From NCBI GenBank assembly GCA_045106895.1, contig JBGCFM010000046.1, forward strand, positions 68,448-132,447: a DNA stretch of 64,000 nucleotides. The letters are read 5' to 3'. Each line of letters opens with the position of its first letter. Positions within the stretch are counted from its first letter, which is position 1. Shown one piece after another: positions 43,037-53,508 of the stretch. The translations under genes were made by a program, and so were the position numbers. Under the pieces are notes generated by a model, which ran no database searches, was not told the DNA's origin, and saw only the letters and a program-made list of their open reading frames with translations. This DNA is from Polyangiales bacterium (lineage in GTDB: Bacteria > Myxococcota_A > Polyangia > Polyangiales > Houyiibacteriaceae).

Positions 43037-46000
43037 CTAGACCAACGCGTCCGCGGCTTCTTCCAGATTTGTCTCACCACCCCATCGTGCCAAGAGCGCG
43101 GGCACCACGATCATATTGAGCACCGTCGAGGTCGTGAGACCGGTGAGGATGACCAGTGCCATCGGCGCCTGGATCTCGCTGCCTGGCTGGCCCAGGGCCA
43201 TGGCGAGGGGCAACAGCCCAAGCCCCGCCGTCACCGCGGTCATCAAGATTGGCGCGAGCCGTTCGCTGGCGCTTTGGGACACCGCGAGGACACGCTCCAC
43301 ACCTTCGAGTTCGAGGTCGCGCGTTCGTGTAGCGAGCAGGATTCCGTTGCGCGTGGCGATGCCAAAGAGAGTGATGAACCCGATGATGCTGGCGACGGAG
43401 AGGATACCGCCGCCGATGAAGACGCCGACCACGCCGCCGGCGAGGGCCAGGGGTAAGTTGACGAGCACGATGGCGGAACGACGCAGGCTTCTGAGCGTGG
43501 CGAAGACGATGATGGCGATTCCAAAGATCGCGAATAGCCCAAAAAGAAGGAGGCGCGAGCCCGCGGCCTCTTCGCGTTCAAACTGGCCGGAGTACGCGAC
43601 ATGCACCCCCGGCGGAAAGGCCACCTCGCTGGATACGATGCGCTGCACGTCTTCGTAGACGCTGCGTAGGTCCCGTCCAGACACGTTCGCCGTCACGACG
43701 ATGCGTCGAGAGACGTTCTCGCGAAGGATGTAGTTTGGGCCCCGATCAGGGCGGACATTGGCGAAGGCGGAAACCGGCACGACGGCGCCGGACGGGGTCG
43801 GCACGCGGGTGGCCCGTACCGTCTCGATGGAGCTTCGCGCATCGTCCGGATAACGCACCACGACCTGGGTGACGGTTCCGTCTTCAAACACGCCGCCGGC
43901 ATCACTTCCCCAGAGGGCCGTTCCCGCCGCTTGTGCCGCTTCGCCGGGCGAAAGCCCATACTGCGCTGCGGCGATGGCATCCACATCGACGATCACTTGC
44001 GGGACATTCACCGCTTGCTCCACGTTCAAGTCGACGAGTCCGGGCACGCCGCGGATCGCATCGCGGACACGACCCGCGTAGTCGCGCAGCTCGTTCAGGT
44101 TCTCGCCGATGACCTTGATGCTCAGCGCTGCGCGCTGTCCGGAAACCATGTGGTCGATGCGATGGGAGATGGGTTGCCCGATGGTGAACTGGACGCCTGG
44201 CACACGGGCAAGGAGCGCGCGGATGTCTTCTAGGAACTCCTCCTTGTCACGTTCGTCTTCCCGCAGGCGCACGTCGATCTCGGACGCTTCGACGCCCTGG
44301 ACATGCTCGTCTCGCTCGGCACGGCCGGTACGCCGTGAGGTGGAGACCACGGCCGGGTCACGGAGGAGCTCCTGCTCGGCCAGCGCACCCAGGGTGTCGC
44401 TCTGTTCCAGGGAAGTCCCTGGAAGCGTCACCGCGGCGATGGTTAGGCTGCCCTCGTTGAACTCGGGCAAGAACGAGCGACCGGTGAAGCTCAATGCGAA
44501 GACGCCGGCAGCAGCGGTCAAGAGCGCGAAGAGGGCCACCATCGCGGGACGCCGGAGAGCGAAGCGCAGCACCGGCGCGTAGAGCCAAGACAGTCCACGG
44601 ATCACGGGAGGCTCGTGGCCTTCCTTGTTCACTGCTTTGCCGAGAAGCAGGGAGCAGAGCGCGGGGGTCACCGTGACGGCGACGACGAGGGAACTTGCGA
44701 TGGACACGAGGTAGGCCACCGCAAGGGGCTTGAGGAGGCGGCCTTCGAGGCCTTCGAGGAAGAGCAAAGGGACGAAGACCAGCATTAGAATCGCCGTCGC
44801 GCTCACGATGGAGGAGCGGATCTCCCGGGACGCATCAAGTACCGTTCGAAGCACCGACAAACGCTGCGCTTCGGGCAGTTTTTGGCGATCCCGCAAGCGA
44901 CGGACGACATTCTCCACATCCACGATGGCATCATCGACGAGCTCTCCGATGGCGATGGCGAACCCGCCGAGGGTCATGGTGTCGAGGCCGTAGCCCAAAA
45001 GGTCGAGAACGAGCGCGGCGAGGATGAGCGAGAGCGGCAAGGCGACGGCGCTGATGATCGTGGGCCGAAGGCTCCACAAAAACAGCATCAACACGCCGAC
45101 GACGAGGAACGCGCCGTCGCGTAGCACGGTCATCAAGTTGTCGACGGCGGTCTCGATGAAGTCCGACTGCCGAAACGTATCCGTGTGAAGGAGCATCCCA
45201 TGTTGAGCCAAGGAGTCCTCAAGCGCCGCGAGTGCTTCATCCACGCGGCGCGTGACATCGATGGTGTCCGCGCCGGGTTGTTTGACCACGGCAAAGACCA
45301 CGGCGGGCTCACCATTGTAGCTGGCCGTTCCCCGCGGGTAGGCGCCGCCGACGCGAACGTCCGCCACGTCGCGCACACGCACGGGCGAGTCCCCCCGCAA
45401 GGCGAGGGTGATGCCTTCGATGTCCTCTTCGCTGTGAGCGCGGCCCATGACACGGACCACGGACTCCTGACCCTGTTCGACGACGTAGCCGCCGGCGACG
45501 TTGCGGTTGCCATGCTCCACCGCCTCGATGAGATCGGAGAGTGTGAGGGAGTAACGTTCCAGACGGTCCGGGTCCGCGAGGACCTGGTATTCGCGCTCGA
45601 GGCCGCCGAGGGCCACCACCTGGGACACTCCGGGAACGGCCAAAAGACGGCGCCGGACCTCGACGTCTGCCACTCGACGCAGCTCCAGCGGGTCATCTCC
45701 GTCCGCGCTCAGTCCGTCTTCGCTGAGCGCGATGAACGCGATTTCTCCCATGACGCTCGATGGGGAGGCGAGGAGCGGCGTCTCCGCCTCCGGCGGCAAG
45801 GAGGAGAGCCCTTGGAGCCGTTCGGTGACGCGCTGACGGGCGACGGTGCCTTCCGTGTCCCAGTCGAACTCCACCCACACGATGGAAATTCCCGGGGCGG
45901 AGGCCGAACGGACCCGTCTCACGCCGGCGACGCCGTTGACCGTGGTCTCGATGGGGAACGTCACGAGACGCTCCACCTCTTCCGGCGCCATCCCCGTCGC

Positions 46001-46156
46001 CTCGGTGACGATGGTGACGCGCGGCGCGGTCAAGTCGGGGAAGACGTCGACGGGCATCTCCTGCGTACGCTGAATACCAATCAGCGTCAGCGTCGCCGCA
46101 ATGCCGAGGACCAGCCAGCGTCGCCGGAGCGAGACGCGTAGGAGAAAGTCGATCAC
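43037..46156 (-). CDS. Heavy-metal efflux RND permease (CzcA/CusA family)
   Basis: PVDVFPDL, EEVERLVTFPIE, GGFAIAIGELVDDAIVDVEN, FLPEFNEG, TGRAE, GFITLFGIATRNG, RLAPILMTA, GSEIQAPMA. Confidence 0.96.
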   Translation of the reverse strand: MIDFLLRVSLRRRWLVLGIAATLTLIGIQRTQEMPVDVFPDLTAPRVTIVTEATGMAPEEVERLVTFPIETTVNGVAGVRRVRSASAPGISIVWVEFDWDTEGTVARQRVTERLQGLSSLPPEAETPLLASPSSVMGEIAFIALSEDGLSADGDDPLELRRVADVEVRRRLLAVPGVSQVVALGGLEREYQVLADPDRLERYSLTLSDLIEAVEHGNRNVAGGYVVEQGQESVVRVMGRAHSEEDIEGITLALRGDSPVRVRDVADVRVGGAYPRGTASYNGEPAVVFAVVKQPGADTIDVTRRVDEALAALEDSLAQHGMLLHTDTFRQSDFIETAVDNLMTVLRDGAFLVVGVLMLFLWSLRPTIISAVALPLSLILAALVLDLLGYGLDTMTLGGFAIAIGELVDDAIVDVENVVRRLRDRQKLPEAQRLSVLRTVLDASREIRSSIVSATAILMLVFVPLLFLEGLEGRLLKPLAVAYLVSIASSLVVAVTVTPALCSLLLGKAVNKEGHEPPVIRGLSWLYAPVLRFALRRPAMVALFALLTAAAGVFALSFTGRSFLPEFNEGSLTIAAVTLPGTSLEQSDTLGALAEQELLRDPAVVSTSRRTGRAERDEHVQGVEASEIDVRLREDERDKEEFLEDIRALLARVPGVQFTIGQPISHRIDHMVSGQRAALSIKVIGENLNELRDYAGRVRDAIRGVPGLVDLNVEQAVNVPQVIVDVDAIAAAQYGLSPGEAAQAAGTALWGSDAGGVFEDGTVTQVVVRYPDDARSSIETVRATRVPTPSGAVVPVSAFANVRPDRGPNYILRENVSRRIVVTANVSGRDLRSVYEDVQRIVSSEVAFPPGVHVAYSGQFEREEAAGSRLLLFGLFAIFGIAIIVFATLRSLRRSAIVLVNLPLALAGGVVGVFIGGGILSVASIIGFITLFGIATRNGILLATRTRDLELEGVERVLAVSQSASERLAPILMTAVTAGLGLLPLAMALGQPGSEIQAPMALVILTGLTTSTVLNMIVVPALLARWGGETNLEEAADALV

Positions 46157-46167
46157 AGAGTGCCCAT

Positions 46168-47778
46168 TTAGTGAACGTGTCCGTGCGTCGGCGCAGCGGA
46201 CGTGCGGGAGGCAAGGCGGATTACGTTCGCACCGGTCGTGACGACTCGCTCACCTTCTCCGACGCCTTCGGTGATGCCGACGTGTGTTCCTGATCGTGCA
46301 CCGATGCGCACGAAGCGTTCTTCGAAGATGTCGCCGCCGACCTGAACGTAGATCAGTGCGCGACCGTCGTCGTCGAGGACCGCGCCTCGCGGCACACGCA
46401 CTCCGTGCCATGCCTGTCCGGACGGAACCGAGACACGCACCGCGGCGCCGACACGCAGTCGCGGATCCGGCTCGTGGATCGAGTAGATGATGTCCACGGT
46501 GCGGGAGCGAGGGTCTACGGTCTGACCGATGTTGACGACGGACGCGTTCGAGTCGTCTCCCGCCACGCGCAGCGTGAACCGCTCGTTTGCCCCCGGTAAG
46601 GCAAAGGCGGCGTCTTCCGTCGCTTGGAGCTGCGATGCTTCCTGCTCGGGCACACGGGCGCTCACCCACAGCTCCTCCAAGTTGACGACGCGGATCATCG
46701 TCTCGCCGCTGGTGACGGTCTGGCCCGTGGTGACGGTGACGTCCGTGACCACGCCCGCGATGGGCGAGGTGACACGGTAGGTGCCGCCTCCTGTGCCCCG
46801 AGCGGCGCCGCTGAAGACGCTGCGCGCCCGGCGTGCCGAGCGTACGGACGCCTCCGCGACGCTCAACTCGCGCCGGGACTCGTCGACCTCGCGTTGACTG
46901 ATGGCGCGGTCTGCGATGAGACGTTCCGCGCGGGCGAGCGCCGCCTGGGCCGTTTGAACCCGGGCTTCGGCTTCGATGACAGCGAGCGTCGCGCGGGCCG
47001 CGCTCTCTGGAGACGCGGGGGCGGGCGCGATGGTTGCGAGCACTTGGCCCGCTCGGACGGTTTCGCCGGGCCGCGGGAGTCCGTTTCGTGGGGCGACGAC
47101 GCGGCCGGCGATGGCGGCGCCGATTTCCGCTTGTCCGCTCGGTGGCGTGGTGATTTCGCCCGGGACGTCGATGCTTGGAATCACCGAGGAACGCTCGGCC
47201 ACCACCGTGGCGAAGGGCACCTGCCACTGGCGCTCCTTCGTGAAAGACAGCGGCTCGGCGCCCGGCGGCTGATGAGACTGCGCCGCATCCGCCGCCTCTG
47301 GGCTGGCGTAGACCACAAGGTCGAAGCCCGCGATAGTACGGGGCCCGTCGTCGCCCGGGACGGTGACACTGGCCGGATAAGTACCTGCTGCAGGCGCCGT
47401 CAGGGAGATCGCGTACAGCCCTTCGACGCGGCTCTCTTGAACGTCCGCGCTGACCGACCCGAGGGTGAACTCGATGCCGGTGGCGCTGACGGGATCGTAG
47501 CGTGTCAGGTCTGTGATGTACGAGCGCAGGATGAGCGCCTCGCCGGCGACGAGGGGAGGGTGTCTCGCGAAAAGCTCCAGTGAATCGCCGTAGGCGGTGA
47601 GATTCAACAGGTGGTCCCCGTGGTCATGGTGTTCGGCGTCTCCGTGCTCGTGGCCCTCGTGCTCTCCGTGCTCTCCGTGCTCTCCGTGCTCGTGACCTTC
47701 GTGCTCTCCGTGCTCGTGACCTTCGTGCTCCGTGCTTCCGCACGCAACGAGCAAGGCTAGTAGTGTCCAAGGCCTCAT
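46168..47778 (-). CDS. RND periplasmic adaptor (CzcB-like) with a His-rich N-terminus
   Basis: LVAC-G lipobox at ATG 47778 (ATGA overlap), 15 His in 40 aa, SPIAGVV, GEGERVVTTGA, C-terminal HGHVH. Confidence 0.92.
   Translation of the reverse strand: MRPWTLLALLVACGSTEHEGHEHGEHEGHEHGEHGEHGEHEGHEHGDAEHHDHGDHLLNLTAYGDSLELFARHPPLVAGEALILRSYITDLTRYDPVSATGIEFTLGSVSADVQESRVEGLYAISLTAPAAGTYPASVTVPGDDGPRTIAGFDLVVYASPEAADAAQSHQPPGAEPLSFTKERQWQVPFATVVAERSSVIPSIDVPGEITTPPSGQAEIGAAIAGRVVAPRNGLPRPGETVRAGQVLATIAPAPASPESAARATLAVIEAEARVQTAQAALARAERLIADRAISQREVDESRRELSVAEASVRSARRARSVFSGAARGTGGGTYRVTSPIAGVVTDVTVTTGQTVTSGETMIRVVNLEELWVSARVPEQEASQLQATEDAAFALPGANERFTLRVAGDDSNASVVNIGQTVDPRSRTVDIIYSIHEPDPRLRVGAAVRVSVPSGQAWHGVRVPRGAVLDDDGRALIYVQVGGDIFEERFVRIGARSGTHVGITEGVGEGERVVTTGANVIRLASRTSAAPTHGHVH
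47611..47730 (-). repeat. His/Glu/Gly coding repeat (EHEGHEHG, EHG units)
   Basis: CCGTGCTCGTGACCTTCGTGCTCT 24-mers and CCGTGCTCT 9-mers on the + strand. Confidence 0.92.
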
Positions 47779-49016
47779 TGCAGGTCTCCCACCGCGGCGC
47801 GTAGCCGGGTCTCGGCGTGCTTTGCCGCCCAAAGAAGCGCCAGACGCCGTTCGTTTACTTCGATCTGCGTTCGCTGCGCATCGAGCAACTCAAGAATCGT
47901 TCGTTCCCCTTCGCGGTAGCCGCTCTGGGCCGCGCGCAAGAGTGTCTCCACCATGTCTTGCGTGGCCGTCTCGAAGCGGCTGAGTTCGTCACGGGCTGTT
48001 TGGTAGAGAGTCAGCGCGCTCCGCACCTCGGCGTGCATATTGCGCTGCAGCGCATCGCTCCGAGCCGATTGAAGAGACTGTCTGGCCAGGGCGACGGCTC
48101 GCAAGTTCTGGCCCCGGTTGAAGATTGGCAGCGAGACCTGCAAGCCCAAGATGTAGCCAAGTCCGCCCGTATTCGTTCGGTTGAGACCGCCGCCGAGTTG
48201 CAGCGTGGGCAGCCAAGCGAAGCGCGAACGACGCTCCGCTTCGTCGGCTCGCGCCTCCGCCTGACGCGCATGCACCAGAGCTTGTCGGCCCTCCGTTTGC
48301 GCGAGGAGCGCGGCCTCGGACCCGAGGTCGCTGAGCCTTAGGTTCGGGTCCAGGGTGACATCGTGCTCTCCCAGCATCGTCGCGAGCTGCGCGCGGGAAC
48401 TTTCGAACGCGCCGATGGCTTCGATGTGACGTGAACGCGCGAGCTCCGACGCGATGGTTAGGCGTGTGCTCTCGTAGCCCGACACGACGCCTGCTGCTTC
48501 GCGCTGCGTTTGAATTCTCGCGGCCTCTTCGAGGTTGGTCAACGCTTGGGCGAGGACATCGACGCGTTGAGAAGCGAGGGCTGCATCAAAGTATGCGTGG
48601 AGCGCCTCCACGACCGCGTTGGTTCGTGTGAGCGCGGCCATCGAACGGGACCACTCACTCTGGACGGACTGAAGTGAACGTTGGGTTCGGGGTCCACCGA
48701 TACTGATAGGCACGTTGACGCGAAACATGTCCTGGGCTTGTCGCTGACCGCTCGTCTCGATGGTCTCGCGTTCCCACCCCACGCTCGGGTTGGGGGACAG
48801 GCCTGCGGTTCGTTCCTGTGCGGCGGCGAGGCGCTCACTCGCCTCGGCGACGGCGGCCGCCGGGGCACGCGCGCGAGCGATACGGACCACATCGGCCTCT
48901 CGAAGCGCTTCCTGGGCGAAGCTCGGGGTGACCCCGACGAACATCGTCAGCGCGGCGGCGAGAAGTCGCACGTTTTTACGCGCTTTTTGACGATTTGAAA
49001 CGAAACGTTTCATCAT
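47775..49016 (-). CDS. TolC/CzcC-family outer-membrane efflux protein
   Basis: Signal ending SFA-Q, PNPSV, LPIFNRGQ, GYREGE..ILELLDAQR. Start 49016/49013 or GTG 48971; the 795-aa track ORF is over-extended. Confidence 0.9.
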   Translation of the reverse strand: MMKRFVSNRQKARKNVRLLAAALTMFVGVTPSFAQEALREADVVRIARARAPAAAVAEASERLAAAQERTAGLSPNPSVGWERETIETSGQRQAQDMFRVNVPISIGGPRTQRSLQSVQSEWSRSMAALTRTNAVVEALHAYFDAALASQRVDVLAQALTNLEEAARIQTQREAAGVVSGYESTRLTIASELARSRHIEAIGAFESSRAQLATMLGEHDVTLDPNLRLSDLGSEAALLAQTEGRQALVHARQAEARADEAERRSRFAWLPTLQLGGGLNRTNTGGLGYILGLQVSLPIFNRGQNLRAVALARQSLQSARSDALQRNMHAEVRSALTLYQTARDELSRFETATQDMVETLLRAAQSGYREGERTILELLDAQRTQIEVNERRLALLWAAKHAETRLRAAVGDLQ

Positions 49017-49178
49017 TTCAATGTATGTAGCATTGTTCTCTGGCACCGTGGAAAGAAGTTCGCTCGCCCCCGAAGCCCCACGATGTCCCCATATCGGGGC
49101 CTGGATGCCGCTCATTGCGCGAAAGTCCTTCCCCTTTTCGAAGGGAAGGCCATCATCCGTCCGAAAGGCGGGGGCGTT

Positions 49179-50057
49179 GTGCGAATAGGGTTGCTCACCC
49201 AATACCCAGAGAACGGTTCGTCGTCTCGACTGATCACCGCTGCTCGAAAGAGCGGGCATCGGCTCCGGCCGGTGAACTATGTCCGCAGCCACATCACCAT
49301 GTCGGCGGGCGTGCCTCACGTCGTTGAGAACGGAAAGAACCTGCCTCTCTTCGACGCGGTCATTCCGCGCATCTCCGCGTCGGCGACGTTCCATGGAACG
49401 GCGATTGTTCGGCAGTTCGAAATGCAAGGGGTCTACACGCCAAGTAGCTCCGTCGGCATCAAGCGCTCCCGTGACAAACTCCACTCTCTCCAGCTCATGG
49501 CGGGTCGGGGCATCGCGATGCCAATCACCGCCTTTGGCCACCCGAGCGGTGATGCTCACGAACTCATCGACGCGGTCGGCGGGGCGCCGTTGATCGTAAA
49601 GATCATCGAGGGCACCCAAGGCATCGGAGTCGTCCTTTGTGAACAGCGCGCCTCTGCGCAGTCCGCCATCGAGGCGTTCCGCGCGCTCGGCGGGCAGATT
49701 GTTGTCCAAGAGTACATCCGCGAGTCCAAAGGCGAAGACCTGCGCTGCTTCGTCGTGGGCGACGAAGTCGTCGGTGCGATGGTCCGTGTCGCCGCCAAAG
49801 GCGAGTTCCGGGCGAACCTCCATCGCGGAGGAAAAGGACGCTCCACGACGTTGACGGACGACGAAAAGAGCGTCGCCCTGCGGGCAGCCCAGGCGATGGG
49901 GCTCGGGATCGCGGGAGTCGACATCTTGCGTTCGGACCGCGGGCCCCTCGTCATCGAAGTGAACTCCTCGCCGGGCCTCATGGGCATCGAGGCGGCGACG
50001 AAGAAGAACATCGCCGCCCGCGTCATCGACTACGTTGTGACGAACGCGAAACGCTAA
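49179..50057 (+). CDS. rimK: RimK-family ATP-grasp alpha-L-glutamate ligase
   Basis: DAVIPRI.AS.TF.GTAIVRQFE, RSRDKL.SLQL, GGAPL.VK..EGTQGIGVVL, VQEYI.E..G.DLRC.VVG, EFRANLHRGG, EVNSSPGL.GIE.AT. Confidence 0.93.
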   Translation: MRIGLLTQYPENGSSSRLITAARKSGHRLRPVNYVRSHITMSAGVPHVVENGKNLPLFDAVIPRISASATFHGTAIVRQFEMQGVYTPSSSVGIKRSRDKLHSLQLMAGRGIAMPITAFGHPSGDAHELIDAVGGAPLIVKIIEGTQGIGVVLCEQRASAQSAIEAFRALGGQIVVQEYIRESKGEDLRCFVVGDEVVGAMVRVAAKGEFRANLHRGGKGRSTTLTDDEKSVALRAAQAMGLGIAGVDILRSDRGPLVIEVNSSPGLMGIEAATKKNIAARVIDYVVTNAKR

Positions 50058-50097
50058 CGCGAGACTATTCTGCGCGCGTGCTAGCCTCGCGCCACTT

Positions 50098-51867
50098 ATG
50101 TCCACCACCCATCCACACGGCGGCTCCATCGTTGGCGAAGTTCTCGCGGCCCATGGCGTCAAGCATCTCTACAATTTGTGCGGCGGTCATATCTCGCCGA
50201 TTCTTTTGGGCGCCAAACAGCACGGCCTCACCGTCGTCGATATGCGCGACGAGAAGAGCGCGGCCTTCGCCGCCGACGCCGCCAGCCGAATGACCGGACG
50301 CGTCGGCGTCTGCGCGGTCACCGCCGGGCCCGGGGTGACCAACACCGTGACCGCCGTCAAGAACGCGCAAGAAGCCCAACAGCCGATTCTCATCCTCGGC
50401 GGTGCGACGGCGACGGTGCTCCGCGGACGCGGCTCCCTTCAGGACATCGACCAGCTCAGCATCATGAAGCCCATCACAAAGTGGGCCGCGCGCTGCAACA
50501 AAGTTCGTGACTTGGCGCCCATGCTCGAACGCGCGTTTCGCGTAGCGGTGAGTGGCGTACCCGGTCCTGTTTTTCTCGAGATCGCCGTGGACCTGCTCTA
50601 CCCGAAGTCCATCGTCAAAGAGTGGTACGGCAAGGAGTCTGGCGTCGACGCCATGAAAGGCCCTCTTGGGAAGGCCGCTCAGCTCGCGATGAAGGGGTAC
50701 TTGCAACACCAGTTTCACACCCCGCACCTCGGAGTCGCGTCGGTCCCCCTCGGCGAACGCGCCGCCGGTCGCTTGAGCGGCGCGGACAGTCGGGAGGTGG
50801 AGCGTGCTGCCGAAGCCCTACGCGGCGCGAAGAAGCCGGTCCTCGTCATTGGCAACCAAGCCATGGTCAACCTTGAGCCTTCGGCGGCGCGAAAACTCGC
50901 CGATGCCGTTCGTCGCCTCGGTATCCCCACGTTCCTCGGAGGCTCTTCACGTGGGCTGCTGAGTCAGCACAGCGATATCCAGTTTCGGCACAAACGCTCG
51001 GCGGCGCTGCGCGAAGCCGACGTAGTCATCGTCGCGGGTTTCCCCTTCGACTTTCGTTTGGGCTACGGCATCAAGATCAACAAAAACGCACACCTCATCA
51101 GCGTCAACTTGGACGCGGAGGCGCTTCGAAAGAACCGAAAACCCACGCACCCGGTTCAAGCGCATCCCGGTCGTTTCCTGATGCAGTTGGCGGACCGCCA
51201 GGCGAGCCCCACCGCCTCGATCAGCAGTTGGTTCGATGTGCTCCGCTCGCGTGAGCGCGCACGCGATGCAGAGATCGCCGCGAAGGCCAACGCAGACGGC
51301 CCGCTCATTGACCCGGTGCACCTCTTCACGCGTATCGAAGAAAAGATCGCGGATGACAGCGTTCTCATTGTCGACGGCGGTGACTTTGTCGCCACCGGCG
51401 CGTATATCGTTCGTCCGCGCAGCCCGCTCTCTTGGCTGGACCCAGGGGTCTTCGGCACGCTCGGCGTCGGAGGCGGCTTTGCCGTCGGAGCCGCGAGCGC
51501 ACGCCCGAACGCTGAGGTCTGGCTCTTCTGGGGCGATGGCAGCAGCGGATACAGTCTTGCCGAACTCGATACGTGCGTACGCTCCGGCATCGCGCCCATC
51601 TGCGTCATCGGAAATGATGGGAGCTGGCAACAGATTGCCCGCGACCAGGTCACGCTCCTCGGCGACGCGGTTGGAACAGTGCTCCGCCGCAGCCCCTATC
51701 ACCTCGTCGCCGAAGGCTATGGTGCGAAGGGGCTCCTTCTTACGGACCCGAGCAAGGTCGACGAGACCCTCGATGAAGCGAAGCGTATCGCCGCGTCGGG
51801 CACGCCTGTATGTATCAACGCTCACCTTTCGAGCAGCGACTTCCGCGAAGGCTCGCTCTCGATCTAA
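50098..51867 (+). CDS. TPP-dependent acetolactate-synthase-like protein (ILVBL/2-hydroxyacyl-CoA lyase-like)
   Basis: [90 protein letters not shown]. Confidence 0.9.
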   Translation: MSTTHPHGGSIVGEVLAAHGVKHLYNLCGGHISPILLGAKQHGLTVVDMRDEKSAAFAADAASRMTGRVGVCAVTAGPGVTNTVTAVKNAQEAQQPILILGGATATVLRGRGSLQDIDQLSIMKPITKWAARCNKVRDLAPMLERAFRVAVSGVPGPVFLEIAVDLLYPKSIVKEWYGKESGVDAMKGPLGKAAQLAMKGYLQHQFHTPHLGVASVPLGERAAGRLSGADSREVERAAEALRGAKKPVLVIGNQAMVNLEPSAARKLADAVRRLGIPTFLGGSSRGLLSQHSDIQFRHKRSAALREADVVIVAGFPFDFRLGYGIKINKNAHLISVNLDAEALRKNRKPTHPVQAHPGRFLMQLADRQASPTASISSWFDVLRSRERARDAEIAAKANADGPLIDPVHLFTRIEEKIADDSVLIVDGGDFVATGAYIVRPRSPLSWLDPGVFGTLGVGGGFAVGAASARPNAEVWLFWGDGSSGYSLAELDTCVRSGIAPICVIGNDGSWQQIARDQVTLLGDAVGTVLRRSPYHLVAEGYGAKGLLLTDPSKVDETLDEAKRIAASGTPVCINAHLSSSDFREGSLSI

Positions 51868-51891
51868 GCATAATCCTTCTTCGGCGACGCG

Positions 51892-53508
51892 TTACACCCA
51901 GATGTCTGGAAGAGCTTCGCCGACGTTGGACTCGTCGTAGTCTCGCGCGAAGCCATCCCCCTTGGCGATGGTGCGATACTCACCGAAGCCGCGTCCTGCT
52001 TCGCGTTCATAGTCCGCCGGTGTCATGCCCATGGCTTGCATGATCGTGACGAGAAGACGGTTATACTGAACACCCTCGATGACATTTCCGCCGTGCTGAC
52101 TGAAACGGACGGAGCGCTCATAGTCGACGAAGTCGAGGAAACGCCCCGTTTTTAGTGTGCCGCCACCGCGGCCCCACAGCGCCGTGGGCATACTGTAGTT
52201 GAGGTGGTTGAAGCTCAGCTCGTTGCTCCAAAGAAGCATCGAGTGATGGAGCAGGGACTCGCCGTCGCTCTCGGTGACTTCTTGAAGTCGTCCGAGGAGC
52301 CGAGCCACGACGTTCTCGGCGACCCATTGTGCGCCTTGGCCAAGCCAGCGCTGTGCGTTGGGACTCCACTCATGAGCCAGCAGATGCCAGTTGGACCGAC
52401 CTGCGTTGTTTGCGTTCTCCGAGTCGCCGATGCCGAAGATGTCCCCTCCGTCGTTGGCGAGCATTTTGGTGACGTCCAGCGTGACCACACGCGTGGCGTC
52501 GCAGGAGAGCGCCAGCGCGACGAGGTCCACCATGTTCTCGAAGAGCGCCGTCACGCCTGCTACCTCGACGCTAAACTCGCCGCCGGTGTCCACGTCCGCC
52601 GGCGGACGTAGCTCACACTGGTTCATCTCCATGGTGTTGACGCGTTCTTCAAGGTCACTGAGATGTGCGATGTGTCGCTCAAGGGTGACGCGGTCTTCGG
52701 CCCCGATGTTGGGTCCGGTCAAGGCGCGTCGGTAGTCTTCGATCACTCTATCGACGAGACGTGCAGAGAGGTTTGGCTCGTCGCCGTCCCCCATAAAGCT
52801 GCCGAAGGTCGCTTGGAACGCGGCGCGCGGGTTGATGAAGGACTGCGCCTGTTCGATGGAGGCCTCTCCCGTGGCGAGGACGTCGCCGGTGCGTGGCGCG
52901 TAGGAAGAGGCGTTTCGCCGGCTACCGACGTGAAGAACGCGCGGGCCCGCAGGCGTCGTTGGGTATACGCAGGACGAAGCCGCCATCACATGGTCCATCG
53001 TGGCGTTGATCTGCGCGCCGGCGATGGCGCCGCCGGTGCCGTTCGTGTTGAGGCCAAAGTTGCCGAGGTAGCCGCCGTAATTGTGGTTGAGACCGGGCAT
53101 GAAATCGAGTCCGCGGAAGAGCAGCATCGAGTCGAGAAAAGGGTTGAGGGCTCGACTCAGAATGTTCGAAACGCCGCTCTCAGCGAAGTCGGAAAGAGGG
53201 GCCCAGCGACCGGAGTAGTCTCCGCCGTCCGAGTGTCGTCCCGTCGTCTCCGGGAGTATTTGGGAGAGCGCGACGGTTCCATCGCTGCCGTGGGTGTCAT
53301 ATCCCGGCGGAGCGACTCGTGGATACCAGTCCTGAACCGGCATTCCGTTGTAGGTCTTCATCGCGACGAAACGACGAGGAATGGCAGGGGCGTCGGCCTT
53401 CGCCGCGCTTCGCACTCTGCGCGGCAAAAGTGAAGGTAAGAAGGGAAGAGCAAGGGCAGCACCGCCCGCGCCGGTGAGAAAGAGACGGCGAGAAGATGTA
53501 AGTTTCAT
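51892..53508 (-). CDS. DUF1552 domain protein (Tat-type SRR motif)
   Basis: SRRLFLTGAGGAALALPFLPSL, P.RFV, TMDHVMA, NPRAAF..F, EDRVTLERH....LE.R, LALSCDATRVVT, G.SLL, LKTGR, YNRLLVTI.QAMG. Confidence 0.88.
   Translation of the reverse strand: MKLTSSRRLFLTGAGGAALALPFLPSLLPRRVRSAAKADAPAIPRRFVAMKTYNGMPVQDWYPRVAPPGYDTHGSDGTVALSQILPETTGRHSDGGDYSGRWAPLSDFAESGVSNILSRALNPFLDSMLLFRGLDFMPGLNHNYGGYLGNFGLNTNGTGGAIAGAQINATMDHVMAASSCVYPTTPAGPRVLHVGSRRNASSYAPRTGDVLATGEASIEQAQSFINPRAAFQATFGSFMGDGDEPNLSARLVDRVIEDYRRALTGPNIGAEDRVTLERHIAHLSDLEERVNTMEMNQCELRPPADVDTGGEFSVEVAGVTALFENMVDLVALALSCDATRVVTLDVTKMLANDGGDIFGIGDSENANNAGRSNWHLLAHEWSPNAQRWLGQGAQWVAENVVARLLGRLQEVTESDGESLLHHSMLLWSNELSFNHLNYSMPTALWGRGGGTLKTGRFLDFVDYERSVRFSQHGGNVIEGVQYNRLLVTIMQAMGMTPADYEREAGRGFGEYRTIAKGDGFARDYDESNVGEALPDIWV

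Noticed and set aside
47775..50162. 795-aa ORF suggesting a giant TolC fusion
   Set aside because: The first roughly 380 codons are the antisense shadow of rimK. The TolC signal peptide begins near 49016-48971.
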